From NCBI RefSeq assembly GCF_004010195.1, contig NC_057759.1:1619069-1683068 (forward strand): 64,000 nucleotides of DNA. The letters are read 5' to 3'. Both the position numbers and the translations under genes were made by a program. This DNA is from Chiloscyllium plagiosum. Lineage: Eukaryota. Positions 1-13,979 of the stretch are shown here, piece after piece. The notes under the pieces were generated by a model that did not search any database, was not told the DNA's origin, and saw only the letters and a program-made list of their open reading frames with translations. Numbering within the stretch: the stretch's first letter is position 1; each line of letters begins with the position of its first letter.

Positions 1-7
1 ATATATG

Positions 8-294
8 GCACGGTGGCTCAATGGTTAGTACTGCTGCCTCACAGCGCCAGGAATCCTGGTTCGAGTCACACTTCGGGCGACTGTCTGTATGGCGTTTTGA
101 CATTCTCCCCGTGTCTACCTTGGTTTGCTCCGGTTTCCTCCCACAATCCAAACATGTTCAGATTAGATGTATGGTGCGTTAGTCAGGGGTAAAAGTGGGG
201 GAATGGGGCTGGGTGGATTACTCTTCAGGGCTTTGGTGTGGACTTGTTGGGCCTATGGGCCTGCTTCCATACTACAGAGAATCTAATCTAATCA
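8..294 (+). mobile_element. HE1-type tRNA-derived V-SINE
   Basis: Head GGCACGGTGGCTCAATGGTTAG (A box), GGTTCGAGTC (B box), V-domain-like ACATTCTCCCCGTGTCT and an AATCTAATCTAATC tail. Confidence 0.85.
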
Positions 295-2559
295 TTCCCA
301 GTATTGACTTCTGGCTCCAGAACTCCCCGTCCTGCATGGACCTGGGAGGTTTGCAGAGAAGAAAATAAAATAAAAGGAGCATAAATCTCTTTAAATATCA
401 ACATTTTTCCACCAATCCCTTTCCAAATCATAGGATGCCGTTCTGTTAGTCCCACCCAAAGTGCCCAACGTTGCATCTCTCCACAATGCTCTTTATCCAC
501 CAAGTATTTGCCAATTAACTCCACATGTGTTCATCACCATGAAGTTTTTTTACATCCTTCTCACCCACTCACAAAACGACATCATTTAATTCTGTCAGCA
601 GCCGCTGGAAATATTGCATTTGAATCCCTTAATCAAATTTTTGCGATGTATTGTGAATAGCTGGGGCACAAAACGATTCCTGTGACACCCCACGAGCCTT
701 TCACTTCAAACAAAGTTGTTACATTGCTACTCACTCATTCCTGTCAGCTCGACTGTTCGAAAGCCTTTTTTATATATTCTATTATTTCCAATTCCAGAAG
801 ATTTGATTTTCCAACGAAGATAGGAACTTCATTAATTCTCTCTCTGAAAATCCAATTGCATTACATTCATTGCTTCTCCACAATGTATCGACCAATCAGA
901 TTTTCAAACATTAATGTCCATTTTATAAATCTATGCTGGCTTTGTCTATACCCATCGTTTTTCGTTCCAATAATTTATCTACAGCCATTTTGTCGAGTTT
1001 CTGGTGGTATGGTAGCTCACTGGTTAGCACTGCTGCCTCACCACGCCAGGGACCCGGGTTCGATTTCCATCTCGGGTGACTGGAAGGCAATGCAGGTGTT
1101 CCCTGCGATCATCACTCTCCAAAATATGTGCACCGTTTTGGATAATGTTGGGGAGATGGCTCAGAGGGGAAGGCACCTGCAGCCAGATTCATGGCATCGT
1201 GACTGGCTCTGCTGTCCAGAAGAGCGGGAAAACGACTGGAACGGCTATCGTCATAGTGGAGTTAATTCTAAGGGAGTAGATGGGCGGTTCTGTGGTGGAA
1301 AATGAGAATTACAAACGATACGTTGACTCCCAGGTGCACGGGTCAGGGATGTCTCAGATCGGTTGCAGGGCATTCTAAATAGGGAGGGCGAACTGCCAGT
1401 GGTCATATTGGATATAGACATCAATTGTACATTTTAGAAAACGCGATGTGGTCCTGAAAGCAGAATTTAGGGAGTTAGGAGCCAAGATAAAACATCGGAC
1501 CTCAGAGGTAGCAGTCTCAGAATTGTTACCAATGCCACATCGTTGTCAGAGTAGAAATGAAAGAATAGGCAGGATGAATGTGTGGCTTGAGAGACAGTGC
1601 CTGAGGAAGGATTCAGATTTTTGAAACAAAGTGACCGGTTCTGGAGAAGGTGGGACTCTTAAAAACTGGATGTTCTGCACTTGGACTGCACTGGAACCAA
1701 AGTCCTTGCACGTGCTTTTGCTAACGCTGTTGGGACTAATTTGACAGGTGGGTGGGAACCAAATGAGGAGGTTCATGGAGAGTAAGGAAGTATTAATTAC
1801 AGCCTGTAAGGAACTAGATAATGAAGTAAGTGTGACTAAGGGTAAGAGTAGGTAGAGATCTACTGATGAACGTGAAGGTACGGCTGCTCTGAGGTGCATT
1901 TGTTATCATGAAGAATTATCGTAAATAAGGAAGATGAACTTAGGGCTTGGGTTAGTTCCTGGTAGTATGATGTTATTTGTATTACAGAAACTTGGTTGAG
2001 GGAGGGGTATGATTGGCAACTAAATATCCCAGGATATTGATGCTTCAGACGGGAGAGAAAGAGAGAGAGAGAGGTGAAAGTGTTGAAGGAGTTGCATTAC
2101 TGGTCAAAGAGGAAACTATGGAAGACTCCAGCAGTGAAGCAATGTGTGCAGAGCTCAGAAACAGGAATGGAGCGGTAACAATGTTAGGGCTGTACTACAG
2201 GCCTCCCAACAGCAAGCGTCAGATTGAGGTACAAATATGTGAACAGATTATGGAAAGATGTAGAGCAACACGGTGGTGGTGACAGGCGTTTGTAATTTTC
2301 TCGACATTGATTGGGATTTATCTACGTGGGCAGAATTTGTAAGAAATATCCAGGACGATTTGCAGCAGTATGTAAATAGTCCAACTCGGGAAGGAGCCCT
2401 TGGACCAGGTTTTCGAGAATGAGCCGAGCCAGGAGGTTGAAGATTCAGTAGGGGATTACTTTGGGAATAGTGATCACAACTCCATAAGTTTTAGAATACT
2501 CATGGACAAAGAGGAGAGTGGTAAGAAAGGAAGCGTCCTAAACTGGGAAAAACAACTTT

Positions 2560-3715
2560 AAAAATCACATCACATCAGGCTATATTCCAACAGGTTTATT
2601 TGGAAGCACTGAATTTCGGAGCACCGCTCCTTCCTCAGGTGGTTGTGGAGTCGGACCACAAGACTCAAAATGAATAGCAAAGCATTACAGTGTCATACAA
2701 GTAAAGTGACATATTTAACAAATCTTGATTGATGTTAAGTCTTCCAACTTTTAGAATAGATTACAGTTTCGATTCATTAATATATAAATTCAGGAAACTC
2801 TTTTAACTCTCATTCTCAATATGAGTTAAGGTGAAAAATCTATAAAAATAGTGACATCTCAGCTCAGACAATGCCTTGAAGGTATGAGGTCAGGGTCTGT
2901 CTGTATCCCAATGTTCACTCAAACTAGTTCGAATTCCAAAGTGGAATTTAGAACATATTATATGGATTAACTATCTGCATTGACTGCCTAACAGTTGTGT
3001 ATTTTTGAGCAAAATAGAATGTATCTGTAAACATGATTCCTCAAATGCACATTCACCCAATAGATTCATATGTGTGCGCGTATGTAGGAGACAGAGGGAA
3101 AGACAGAGCGAGTGTGTCCATGTGAGTGTGCTTGTGCGTGTGTGCTTGTGAGTGCATGTGAGAGTTTGTGTGATTGTGTGTGTGCAAGCATGGTAAAGTG
3201 TGTGTGTGAGAGTGTGATGGGTATAAGCCTATGAGAGGGTGTGTGCGTGGGGGTGAATGTGGGGTTGTATGTATACGTTTATGAGAGAGAGCATTTGTAT
3301 AACAGAGGGTGTGCCTGAATGCGTGATTATGTCAGAGTGTGTGTGCATGCGTGTGTGTCTGTGTGTGAGAGAGAGAGAGAGAGAGTATTTTGTAGAGGGG
3401 CGTCACCTGTGCGACATGAACAAAAGATCCCAGTTGAGGCCATCCTCATGGGTACTGAACGTGGCTATCAGCCATTGCTTGACCACTTTGCGTTGTTGCC
3501 TTAACTTATATTGAGAATTTGACTTCAAAGAATTTGGAACGTAAACTTTTCTTGTGCGATTTCTAAATGTGTGTACCCCAGTCCAACACCAGCTCTTGTC
3601 CAAATTGGGGAAGGCCAACTGTACTGAAATTTGGCAGGAGCTGGAATGTAACTTTTTGTTGTGTCATTTCTAACTGCGTCTACCCCAGTCCAATACCAGG
3701 TTTTCTCCGAATTGA
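2560..3715 (-). mobile_element. Penelope-like element fragment with GT/GA microsatellite and opposite-orientation terminal copies
   Basis: Minus-strand terminus CCTGAGGAAGGAGCGGTGCTCCGAAA...AATAAACCTGTTGGA at 2586-2640. Two plus-strand terminal copies (ACCCCAGTCCAA(C/T)ACC) at ~3550-3600 and ~3655-3710. The insertion splits the CR1 between AACTGGGAAAA and AATTGGGGAAGG. Confidence 0.65.
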
Positions 3716-5322
3716 AGGCCAACTAACTAAAATTTTGCAGGAGCTGGGGAATATCGATCAGGAGCAGCTATTTGAAGATAATACACATTTGACATGTGGG
3801 AGGTCTTTAAAGAGAGGTTGATTAGAGTGTAGGAGGGACATGTCACTGTGAACATGAGTGATAGGAATGGCAAGATGAGGGAACTATGATGACGGCTGAA
3901 ATTGTGAGACTTGTTAAGAGGGAAAATGAAGCAATCATAAGGACAAGGCAATGAAATTAGACGTAGCTTTGGAAGAATATCGGGAAAGTAAGACCTATCT
4001 GAAACAAGGGATTCAGAGGGCTAAAAGATGTTATTAAATAACTTTCACAAACTGGGTTAAGGAAAATCCCAAAGCCTTTTATTCATATACAAGGAGAAAT
4101 ATCGTCCCTGGACAAAGGGTTGGCCCACTCAAGGAGAAAATGGGTGAGATCTTAGGAGTATTTTGCGTCGGTATTCACCGAGGAGAGGGACATGACTGAT
4201 GTGCAAGTTCGGGGTAGATGTTTGATTACTCCAGGTCAAGTCGGCATAAGGAGGGAGGAAGTTTTGGGTATTCTAAAAAGCATCAAGGTGGGCAAGACCC
4301 CAGATCCTGATCAATCCCAGGTTATTGAGGGAAGCGAGAGAGGAAATAGCTGGGGCCTTAACAGATATCGTTGCAATATCTTTCAACGTGGGTGAGTTCC
4401 CGGATGACTGGAGAATTGATTATGTTTTCCACTTATTTAAGAAGGGTAGCAGGGATAATCCAGTTAACTATAGACCTGTGAGACTGACGTCAGTGTTAGG
4501 GAGGCGACTAGAGAAGATACTGAGCATCTATTTCAATTTGGGAGAAAATCGGCTTATCAATAATAGGCAACGTGGATTTATGTGTGCAAGTTCAGTTCTT
4601 GCCAACTGCTCCACAAAGACCTGATAAAGAAACAGCGCTTCAAAAGCTAGCACATCCAAGTAAACATATTGGACTATAAGCTGATGTTATGTGATTTTTA
4701 ATTTTGCAATACTAGTAGAAATCTTTGAGGAAAAAATCTTTGACAAAGTTGATTAATGAGGGAAGAACTGTAGATTCATATTCATATACATAGACTACAG
4801 TAAGGCGTTTGTTCAAGATCCCCATAGGAGGCTGTTGGAGAAATTGATGTCGCATGGGTTCCAGGGTGTACCAGCTGGATGGATAAAGAACTGGCTGTGC
4901 AACAGGAGATAGTGTGTATTAGTGCAAGAGAGTTTCTCAAAAGGGAGAATTCTGACCAGTCGTGTTCCACAATAATGCGTACTGGAGCCACTTTTGTTTG
5001 TGATATACATAAATGATCTGGAGGAAGGCATAGGTGGTCTGATTAGCAAGTTTGCAGATGACACTATGAGTATTGGAATAGCAAATAATGAAGGGGACTC
5101 TCAAAGACTACAGGAGAATACAGATAGAATGGAGAGTTGAGCTGAGAAATGGCAGCTGGAGTTCAATGCGGTCAATTGTGAGTTGAAGCATTTTGGACGA
5201 TCTAATTCAAGAGAGAACTATACAGTAAATGGGAAAGTCCTGGCGAATACTAATGTACAGAATATACAGATTGATTTGGGTGTTCCGGTTCGTTGTACTC
5301 TAACGGTCACAATGCAAGTCAA

Positions 5323-5445
5323 GGAGAAGGGCTTATGCCCGAAACGTCGATTCTCCTGTTCCCTGGATGCTGTCTCACCTGCTGCGCTGTTCCAGCAACA
5401 CATTTTCAGCTCTGATCTCCAGCATCTGCAGACATCACTTTCTCC
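5323..5445 (+). mobile_element. Short PLE-terminal insertion with 14-15 bp TSD
   Basis: Flanked by (C)ACAATGCAAGTCAA at 5308-5322 and 5445-5459. Body GAAGGGCTTATGCCCGAAACGTCGATTCTCC...CACTTTCTCC is shared with copies at ~22390, 42077, 47660, 55940 and 56800. Confidence 0.8.
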
Positions 5446-6109
5446 ACAATGCAAGTCAATAAAGCCGTCAAGAAGGCATCTTGCATGCTTTCCTTCATCG
5501 GACGGGAAATTGAGTACAAGAGTTGGCAAATCATGTTACAGTTGTACAAGACTTTGGTTTCACCACATTTGGAATTCCGTGTTGCAGTTCTGGTCGCCAC
5601 ATTACCAAAGGGGAGTGAATGATTTGCAGAGGGTTCAGAGGAGGTTCTCCAGGGTGTTGCCTGGTCTCAGGGTGCTAGCTATGAAGAGGGGTTGAGTATA
5701 TTCGAATTGTTTTCATTAGAAATAATGAGGTTAAGGGCGGACTTGATTGAGGGAAATAAATCATGAGAGGAATGTCGAGGGTGTAATTGAGTTCCCCACT
5801 GTAGGAAGAAGCTTTTACCACGAGTTCAAAGTGAGAAGCAAAAGTATAAAAGAGACATGCGGGGGAAGTTCTTTACACAGAGGGTGGTGAGTTTCTGGAA
5901 TGCTTTGCCAATGGAGGTGGGAGAAGCGGCCACGATAGCGTTACCTAAGATGTATCTGGGCAGAAACATGAATGGGGAGGGAGCAGAGGCTTACAGGTCC
6001 TTTAAAATTTGTGACAGGATTAGATAGATCTACAGCTGGATCAGTGCAGGCTTGGAGGGCTGAAGGGCCTGTTGGTGCACTGAAATTTTCTTTGTTCTTT
6101 GTTATTTTC

Positions 6110-6372
6110 TTTGACTCCGTGGAGTTTTCCCATTTTCTCTGTCTCTGCACGGTTTTTCTCGGCGTGCTTCGGTTTCCACACACAATCCAATGATTTCAGG
6201 TTAGGTGAATTGACCACGCTAAATTACCGTTAGTGTTCAGGGTTATGTAGATTGGTGCATTAGTCAGGGATAAATACAAGGAAATGGGTCTGTTTGGATT
6301 ACGCTTTGGAGGGTCGGTGTCGACCTATTGGGTCGAATGGCCTGTTTCCCCACTGTAGGGATTTTATTCTAT
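6110..6372 (+). mobile_element. HE1-type SINE, 5'-truncated
   Basis: V-domain and AGGTTAGGTGAATTGACC segment, with a tail matching the other copies. Confidence 0.7.
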
Positions 6373-6719
6373 GTTTCCCTACTAATCTCAATCTGTTCCT
6401 TTTGTTTTGTCACCAGATTTAGGATTCCTAGTATTAGTGGGAAGATTTTCTTTTGTTTTGATTTCATCAGTGAAGACGCAACTAAGCGGTTGATTAATGG
6501 TTCTGCCACTTTCCTGTTCTCCAGTCTGCCTTTAGATTGTAAGGAAGCCGCACTTCTATTCTCTTATCATTCCCATTGGCATACTTTCAAGAACTATAAT
6601 AGTTCACTTTTATAACCCTTGTTAATATACTGTTCAGAAATCCAGCAATTCCTTCCTTAAGCCGCTCAATAATTAACCTTCTGCAGTTGCACAATTGCAA
6701 AGCATAGACTCTGTACCGT

Positions 6720-8100
6720 AAGGCATACAGCAAACTCTACATCACTCCTACTATCCTACATGGGTCGGTAGTTTTAAATGTTATGACACATAAAATGCTC
6801 GTCCAAATACCTCTCAGTGTTTGTGAGGTTACCCGTGGAAAGTACCATCTCAGGAAGTTCGCTCCAGACTCCAACATCATCATTGTGAATTGCAATCCTC
6901 AAATCCTCTCTAAACCTCAAACCGTTCACTTTAAATGCATGCTCCCATGTTCTTGGCCCTTTGTCCAAAAGGAGCATTTGCTGTCTACCCGTCCTGTCCA
7001 TGCTCTTCGTAATCTCATATTTTGAATCACATTCCCCTCAGCCTTCTCCGCTCTCAAGAAAAGAACTCGAGCTTATCCCACCTCTCTTCATAGCTCATAC
7101 ATCTTATCCCGGGGAACTTCCTGGTGAATCGCCCCTGCACCCCCTCCAATGCAATCACATCCTTACTGAAATGTGGCTACCAGAATTCCATCTTGGCTGA
7201 AGCAAAGTGCTGAACAGTTCTTAAAATCTTTGCCGCAATGAATAAAAGCTGTGGCTATTTTTTCCGGTGTCATTCTTAACTAGCCTACTAACCTGTCCAG
7301 TCACATTCAGAGATCTGTGTAGAAGCACCCTCCGAACATCCTAGTTTGCTACCAATATTGAGTGTTCCTCAGTCTGTTTCATTCTTCGAAAGGGCATTAC
7401 GTCATGTTTATCAGAGTTAGATTTCATCTGCCTATTTCATCCATATTTTCCTGTAGCATAACACCTGCCTTCTCCCCGTTATCTACTTGGCCAATCTTTG
7501 TGTCGAACACAAGATTACTTGTCATATGCCCCCCATTCCCCACTACATTCATATCTACATCATTTACGAATGCCACAAATAATAAGGGCACACAGCACTG
7601 ATCCTGATGGTACACCACCGGACAGTGGTCTCCCATCGTAAAGACAGCCTTCTACCACCACCCTCTTTCTCCTGCCACTAAGAGAACGTTTGATGTAAAT
7701 TTCCAAGTTACTCTTGATACCATGAGATGTAACTATCTTTATCAGTTTCCCATGTGGGGACTTGTCAAAGCCCTTCCTGAAAAATAATATAAACGCCCGC
7801 CTCCAAGGCAAACCAATAAACTTCGTTCGGCATGTCCTTTCTCAGATCAAGTAATGCTGACTCTCCTTGATCGAACCTTGCTTGTCTAAACGAATATCGA
7901 TTTTCGCCTTCCTAATTTTCTCCAAAGGTTCCCTTAATACTGATCTGATACTTACATGTGTTTGCTTCTTGGTCCTTGCAGTATCCTCCCTATAAAGTGG
8001 AACCACATTAACGAATCTCTAGTCTCCGGCCAGCTCCCCTGTGGCCAGATTTTACATAAACCTTTGTTTCAGTGTCTTTCTGCTCTTGTCTCCCACAGCA
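6720..8100 (-). mobile_element. CR1 LINE RT/3' fragment
   Basis: Minus-strand translation FRKGFDKSPHGKL and SGGVPSGSVLCAL. Confidence 0.75.
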
Positions 8101-9559
8101 GCCTGGGATTCAACTCATCCTGACCTGGGGCTTTGCACAATTTTATGCCAGCCAAAACCATCAGTACATCCTCATATCTTACATCAGTCAGCTCAAGAGC
8201 TTCATAGTCCATCTTCTCGAATACTCTTGCATCCACCTTCTCCCAAATAAGCCCTCATGTGACAATCTATGAATGTTTACCTGCTTCAGTAACAGAGTGT
8301 CCACTTGGTTTCTAATGGAACTAATTGCTCACTCGTTATTCTGATCTGCTTGATAGGCTTGTAGAATATCTTGTAAATAACTTTTACATGTCCCTGTGTT
8401 CATCAGTCCTTTAGGTTTCACTCCGATTACCTCTACATCTATGAAATTCTAGAGAATTTCCCCTTCACCCCCGGTTTCCCCATCAGACAATCTTGACATC
8501 TGAGGAATTAGTCTGGATAATGTTCTTTACACTTCATAGGTGGTCACTATATATTTTTGTCAGATTGAAACTCAAAAAATGCACACAAAACTTTAAGTAC
8601 AGTTTCACCAGCACTCTATGCAATCGATGCAGGAGGGATTTACTGCTGTATTCTGATTCCGTTTAACTGAAGCTAAACTTCGCTTTTCTTATAATGTGAA
8701 TATGTCCCTCCCAATAGCCTTCACTCTAATTTTATTGACGAACTCACTGCCTGAATGTATAAAAATCAACCTGAATATACAACTGCATCAGATCCACTGG
8801 TTCTCTGTTGCCTACAACTGCAAGATGCATCTTTAAACAGTTCCAAAAATAATTTGTCAGTTTTGGGGAACTCGTTAGAATCCATTATCTAGGAATTAAT
8901 AACGAGCGATTTGCGAAGTCGAACCACAATCCATCCGACTCTGTATGGTTTTATGAAGGAAAATCATGTTGGAAATATTTTCTCGAATCCTTTAAAGCTG
9001 TGACAAGCAAGGTGGAGTGGTCATACATCTGGGTTTCCAGAAGGCATTGAATAATGGTTAATGCTTAAAATAAGAGCACACAGGGTTAGGGCTAATTAAT
9101 TGGCTTGGATAGAAGATTGGTTGATCAACAAAATGCAGTGAAATGCAATAGTTATGTCACTTTCTTCTTTGATAAATGCTGGCGTTCGAAAGAGTACTGA
9201 CCTTACCCCAACTCTTTGCAGTGCATTTTATTACTTGGATGAAGGGCTCGAAAATTATATAGCCAATTTTTCAGTTGACAATAAAATACTTCAAAATGCA
9301 CAATGGATGAAGTTAGGTTAGGTGAATAGGCCAACATTACACAGCATGATTTAATATGGGGAAATATGGGGTTATCCATGGTGGCCAGAGGAAAATAACT
9401 GTATCTTACTATCTAAATGGAGGAAAACATCAGAATGTTTAGATGCAGAAGGATCTGGCTGCCCTGATACATGTCACAGAAAACTCCATACAGGTACAGC
9501 ATGTGATGAGAAAGGCAAATTGCTAATTTCTAAAATGATAGTGTATAAAGTTAAGGAAC

Positions 9560-11060
9560 CGAGGCTGCAAAATTGCAAGTACTCCTGCACATCTATCCGC
9601 CACGACGAAGACCACCAAGCCCTCTCTTTCTTCGTTTCACACCGCATCGAGTACCCTTCCACTAATAACCTCATCTGCCTGAGTGAACTGGTCCTCACTT
9701 TTAACAAATTGTCCTTTAAATCCTCCCACTTCCTCCAAAACAAACGGATAGCTATGGGTACCCAAATGGGCCCCCGCTATGCCTGCCTCTTTTTTCGGTA
9801 ACTGTCTATCGTCCGCAGCTACACTGGCGCCTTCCCCCACCTTTTCCTCCGTTACATCGATGATTGTGTCAGCGCTATCTCGTACTCACAACATCAAGTT
9901 CACTAACACCTTTCACCTCGACCTCAAATTCACCTGGATCATCTCAGACACCTCCTTCCCGTTTCCTGAAATTCTCCATCTCCATCTCCAGCGACCGACT
10001 AACGACGGACATCTATTACAAACCTAGGCGACAAATCCACCCACCCTGCAGCCCTGTAAAAAGGGCATTCCTTATTTCCAATTCCTCTGCCTTCGCCGCA
10101 TCTGTTCCTAGGATGAGCAATTCCACCACAGAATATACCAGTTGGTCCATCGATGATTGTGTCAGCGCTATCTCGTACTCACAACATCAAGTTCACTAAC
10201 ACCTTTCACCTCGACCTCAAATTCACCTGGATCATCTCAGACACCTTCCCGTTTCCTGAAATTCTCCATCTCCATCTCCAGTGACCGACTAACAACGGAC
10301 ATCTATTACAAACCTAGGCGACAAACCCACCCACCCAGCGCCCTGTAAAAACGGCATTCCTTATTTCCAATTCCTTAGCGTTCACCGCATCTGTTCCTAG
10401 GATAACCAATTCCACCACAGAATATACCAGTTGGTCTCCTTTTTCAAAGGACGCGATTTCCCGTACCCTGTGGTCTATGATGCCCTCCAGTGCACTTCAT
10501 TTCCCCCACCTCCGCCCTTGAGCCCACCTCTCCCAACGCAGCAACGACAGGACCACCCTCTCGGTTCTCACCTTCCCCCCCACCTCACCAACCTACATAT
10601 ACTTTGCATCATCCTCCACCATTTCCACCACCGCCAAACAGACTCCGCCATGAGAGGAATATTTCCCTCCTCACCCCATCAGTATTCCGAAGAGACCATT
10701 CCCTTCACGATCTCCTTGTCATATCCACGCCCCCCTCCCTCCCAAAAGCCCACACCCCACTCCTGGCATCTTCCCCTGCCAACGCAAAGCCATCAGGGAA
10801 ACAGGACGCCAACGTGCAGATCAACGTGCAATGTCAGTGAACATTTCTGGCTCACGTGGAGCAACCAACCCTATCGCCCTTTGGCTGAACACTTCAACTC
10901 GCCATCCCATTCCGCAAAGAACTGGCATATCCTCATCCGCCTCCATCACCAAACCCTAGCCATATGATGCTTGGAGAAGAACAACTCACCTTCTGCCTTG
11001 GGACCCTGCAACCTGACGGGATTAATGTGGATCTTACATCATTAGCGTCCTCCTGTCCCC
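9560..11060 (+). mobile_element. Penelope-like element RT to GIY-YIG region, degenerate
   Basis: HFLQNKRIAMGTQMGPRYACLF, LFLRYIDDC, LTTDIYYKP and the C-terminal PLAEHFNSPSHS motif. Confidence 0.88.
9855..10436 (+). repeat. Tandem duplication (~293 bp x2) inside PLE RT
   Basis: CATCGATGATTGTGTCAGCG starts at 9855 and 10148; both copies end AATATACCAGTTGGTC. Confidence 0.95.
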
Positions 11061-11064
11061 TTCC

Positions 11065-12010
11065 CCAGCTTTTTCGGCTGGAGGTCTGTGACTAGCTGTG
11101 TGCCACATTGACCAGTGCTAGGTCCACTGCTTTCTGTCATTTATATAAGTAATTTGAAGGCGAATATATGAGGTATAGTTAGTAAGTTTGCTGATGACAC
11201 CAGAGTTGGTGGCGTAATGGAGAAGGAAGACGGTTACCTTAAAGTGCAATGGGATGTTGGTCAGATGGGCTAGTAGGACAAGAAGTGGCAAATGGAGTTT
11301 AATTTGCATAAATGTGAGGTGCTACATTTTGGAAAGGCAAACCATGGCAGGACTTATACAGTTAGTGGTAGGGTCCTGCGAAAAGTCGCCAAACAAAACT
11401 ATGTTGAAGTGCAGACACATATTTCTTGAAAATGGAGTCACAAGTAGACAAGGTATTTAAAAAAGGTGTTTGGTACATTAACCTTTATTGGTCAGTGCAT
11501 CACTATCGGAGTTGGGAGGTTATGTATAGGACATTATTTAGGCCAGATTTGGAATTGTACAATTCAAGTCTACCTGCTACAGGAAACATGTTGTGAAACT
11601 TGTCATGGTTCTGAAAACATTGACAAGGATGTTGCCAGGGTTGGAATGATTGAGCGATAGGGAGAGGCTGAATAGGCTGGGGCTATTTTCCACAGAGATT
11701 CATAGACTGAGGGGTAGCCTTATAAAAGTATATAGAATCATGGCACGAGTGGATAGGATGAATAGCTAATGCATTTTTTCCAGATTAGGGGAGTCCAAAA
11801 CTAGAGGGCATCGCTTTAAGGTAAGAGGTAAAAGATATAAAAGTTACCTCAGACGCGAATGTTTTTTACGTTGAGAGTCATGCACGTATGGATTGAACTG
11901 CCAGGAGATGAAGTGGAGGCTGGTATATTTACAATAATCAAAGGTATCTGTATGGGTACACGAACATTACGGGTTCAGAAGAATATGGGCCAAATGCTGG
12001 CCAATAGGAC
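11065..12010 (+). mobile_element. CR1 LINE RT/3' fragment
   Basis: SKFADDT, WQMEFN and a CR1 3' segment. Confidence 0.85.
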
Positions 12011-12224
12011 TATATTAAGAGTTTGCAGAAGATTTGTAGCTCAAGGTTTGGATCAGGTTGTACGTTTGCTCATTGAGCAGTGGGTTTATTCTCAGGTGTA
12101 TCATCACAATGCTAAGTAACATTATCAGTAAGCCTCCGAAGAAGCATTGGTGTCTTGCCCAGCTTGCTATTTATATGCCTTGACATGTTGTGGAAGGTGA
12201 TATCATTTCCAGTTCTGTTTCTGA

Positions 12225-13640
12225 AAACACAGAAGATGGAACATTTCAGTGTAGTACAGGCTCTTCGGCCCTCCATGTTGCCTGACCTATGAAACCCAAT
12301 CTGAAGCCAATTTAACCTACACTATACCATTTCCAGCCATATGATTATCCAATGACCACTTAAACGCTCTTAATGTTGGGGAGTCTACAAGTTTTGCAGG
12401 CGGGCATTCCACACCCATACAACGCCCTGACATCTGTTCTATATTTATTGCATTTCAGTTTAAAACGATGTCCCCTATTGCTAGCCATCAGCATTCGCGG
12501 AAAAAAAGGCTCTCATTGTCCACCCCATCCAATCCACTGATCAACTTTTATGCCTCTGTCAAGTCACCTCTTAACCGCCTTCTCTTTGACGAAAACAGCC
12601 TGAAGTTCCTCAGCTTTTCCTCCAATATTTCCAAATCCTTCCTATAATGTGGTGACAGAACAGTACACAATACTCCCAGGTCCAGCTGCACTAGAGTTTT
12701 GTACAAGCTGCAACATGATCTCATGGCTCCGAAACTCAATCCCTCCATCAATAAAGGCTAACACACTGTATGCCTTCTTAACACATCTATCAACCTGAGT
12801 GGCAACTTTCCTGGGATCTATGCACATAGACTCCGAGTTTACTTTGCTTTTCCACACTACCAAGTATCTTACTTTTAGCTCATTAGGAGTAACTGAAATA
12901 CAAAGTCACTCACCTCACACTTTTATCGTCATTTTCCATCTCTCAGCTCAGCTCTTCAGCCTATCTATGTCAGTCTGTGACCCGCAACATCCATCCCACA
13001 CTGTCCATTGCTCCATAAAATTTAGTGTCATTTGTAAATTTACTAATCCATCCTTCTAAGTCCTCATTCAGGTCATTTTTTTTAAAATGACAAACAGCAA
13101 TGATCCCAAAACAGATCCTTGCTGTACATCACTAGTAACTGAATTCCAGGATGAACCTTTCACATCAACCACCACCCCCTGTCTTCTTACAGCTACACAT
13201 TTTCTGATCCAAACCACCATATCGCATTCAATAGGTATTTTCTCCAATAGCCTACCGCGGGAAATGTTATTAAACGGTTTACTGAAATCCGTATATACCT
13301 CATCAATTGCTTTGCTCTCATCCAGATGTTTGGTCACCTTCTCAGGGAACTCAATAAGGTTTGTGAGGCACGACCCTATCCCTCACAAAACCTTGTTTAC
13401 TATCTCAAATCAGGTTATTCCTTTCCAGATGATTGTAAATCCTATCTATTATAATCCTTTCTAAAACTTTGCCCACAACAGAAGTAAGGGTCAGTGGTCT
13501 ATAATTATCAGGATTGTCTCTACTTCACTTCTTGAACAAGGGGACAAAATTTGGTTTCCACCAGTCTTGTGGCACTAGTCCTGAAGACATGAACGACATA
13601 ACGATCACAGCCAAAGGCTTTGCAATCTCTTCCCTTGAAT
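12225..13640 (-). mobile_element. CR1 LINE RT/3' fragment
   Basis: YTDFSKPFN and VTSDVQQGSVLGSLLFVI. Confidence 0.85.
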
Positions 13641-13979
13641 TCAAAAAAAAATTCCCAGATATTAGTAAATCGGATCCAAATCTATATATTTGTTAATGAA
13701 TGCCAAGTCACTAGGAATTCCCGTGGGCGTCCCGTGTGCGTCAAGTGAAACTTTCACTTGAGAGGATATTGTTTATTTGTTTATGAGTTTCCTCTAATTT
13801 GTCGAGTTTCACGATGACAAAAGTGTCACCATGTTGCGGACACAACGTTTAGGGTGGATCATGGAAAGTGATGTTATTTCTAATCTCCACACAACGGCTT
13901 CTGACAAAATGCCTCATACCGGTGATCCCATAGGCCTCCTGTTCAGATTAAACGTCCTGGATGGTTAATCTTCCGGCAG

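Larger units (their letters stand above)
1086..6075 (+). mobile_element. Near full-length degenerate CR1 LINE (ORF1 esterase, endonuclease, RT, 3' tail), interrupted by PLE insertions
   Basis: Across frames: ORF1 esterase-like AIVI..../GVDGRFCG/LPGARV (1240-1400), endonuclease GLYYRPPN (~2190), DNPVNYRPVRLTSV (~4460), SKFADD (~5050) and LQFWSPHY (~5590). Many stops and frameshifts. Confidence 0.88.

Noticed and set aside
682..1305. 207-aa plus ORF
   Set aside because: It runs through antisense CR1, a SINE head and CR1 ORF1, so it is a chance fusion.
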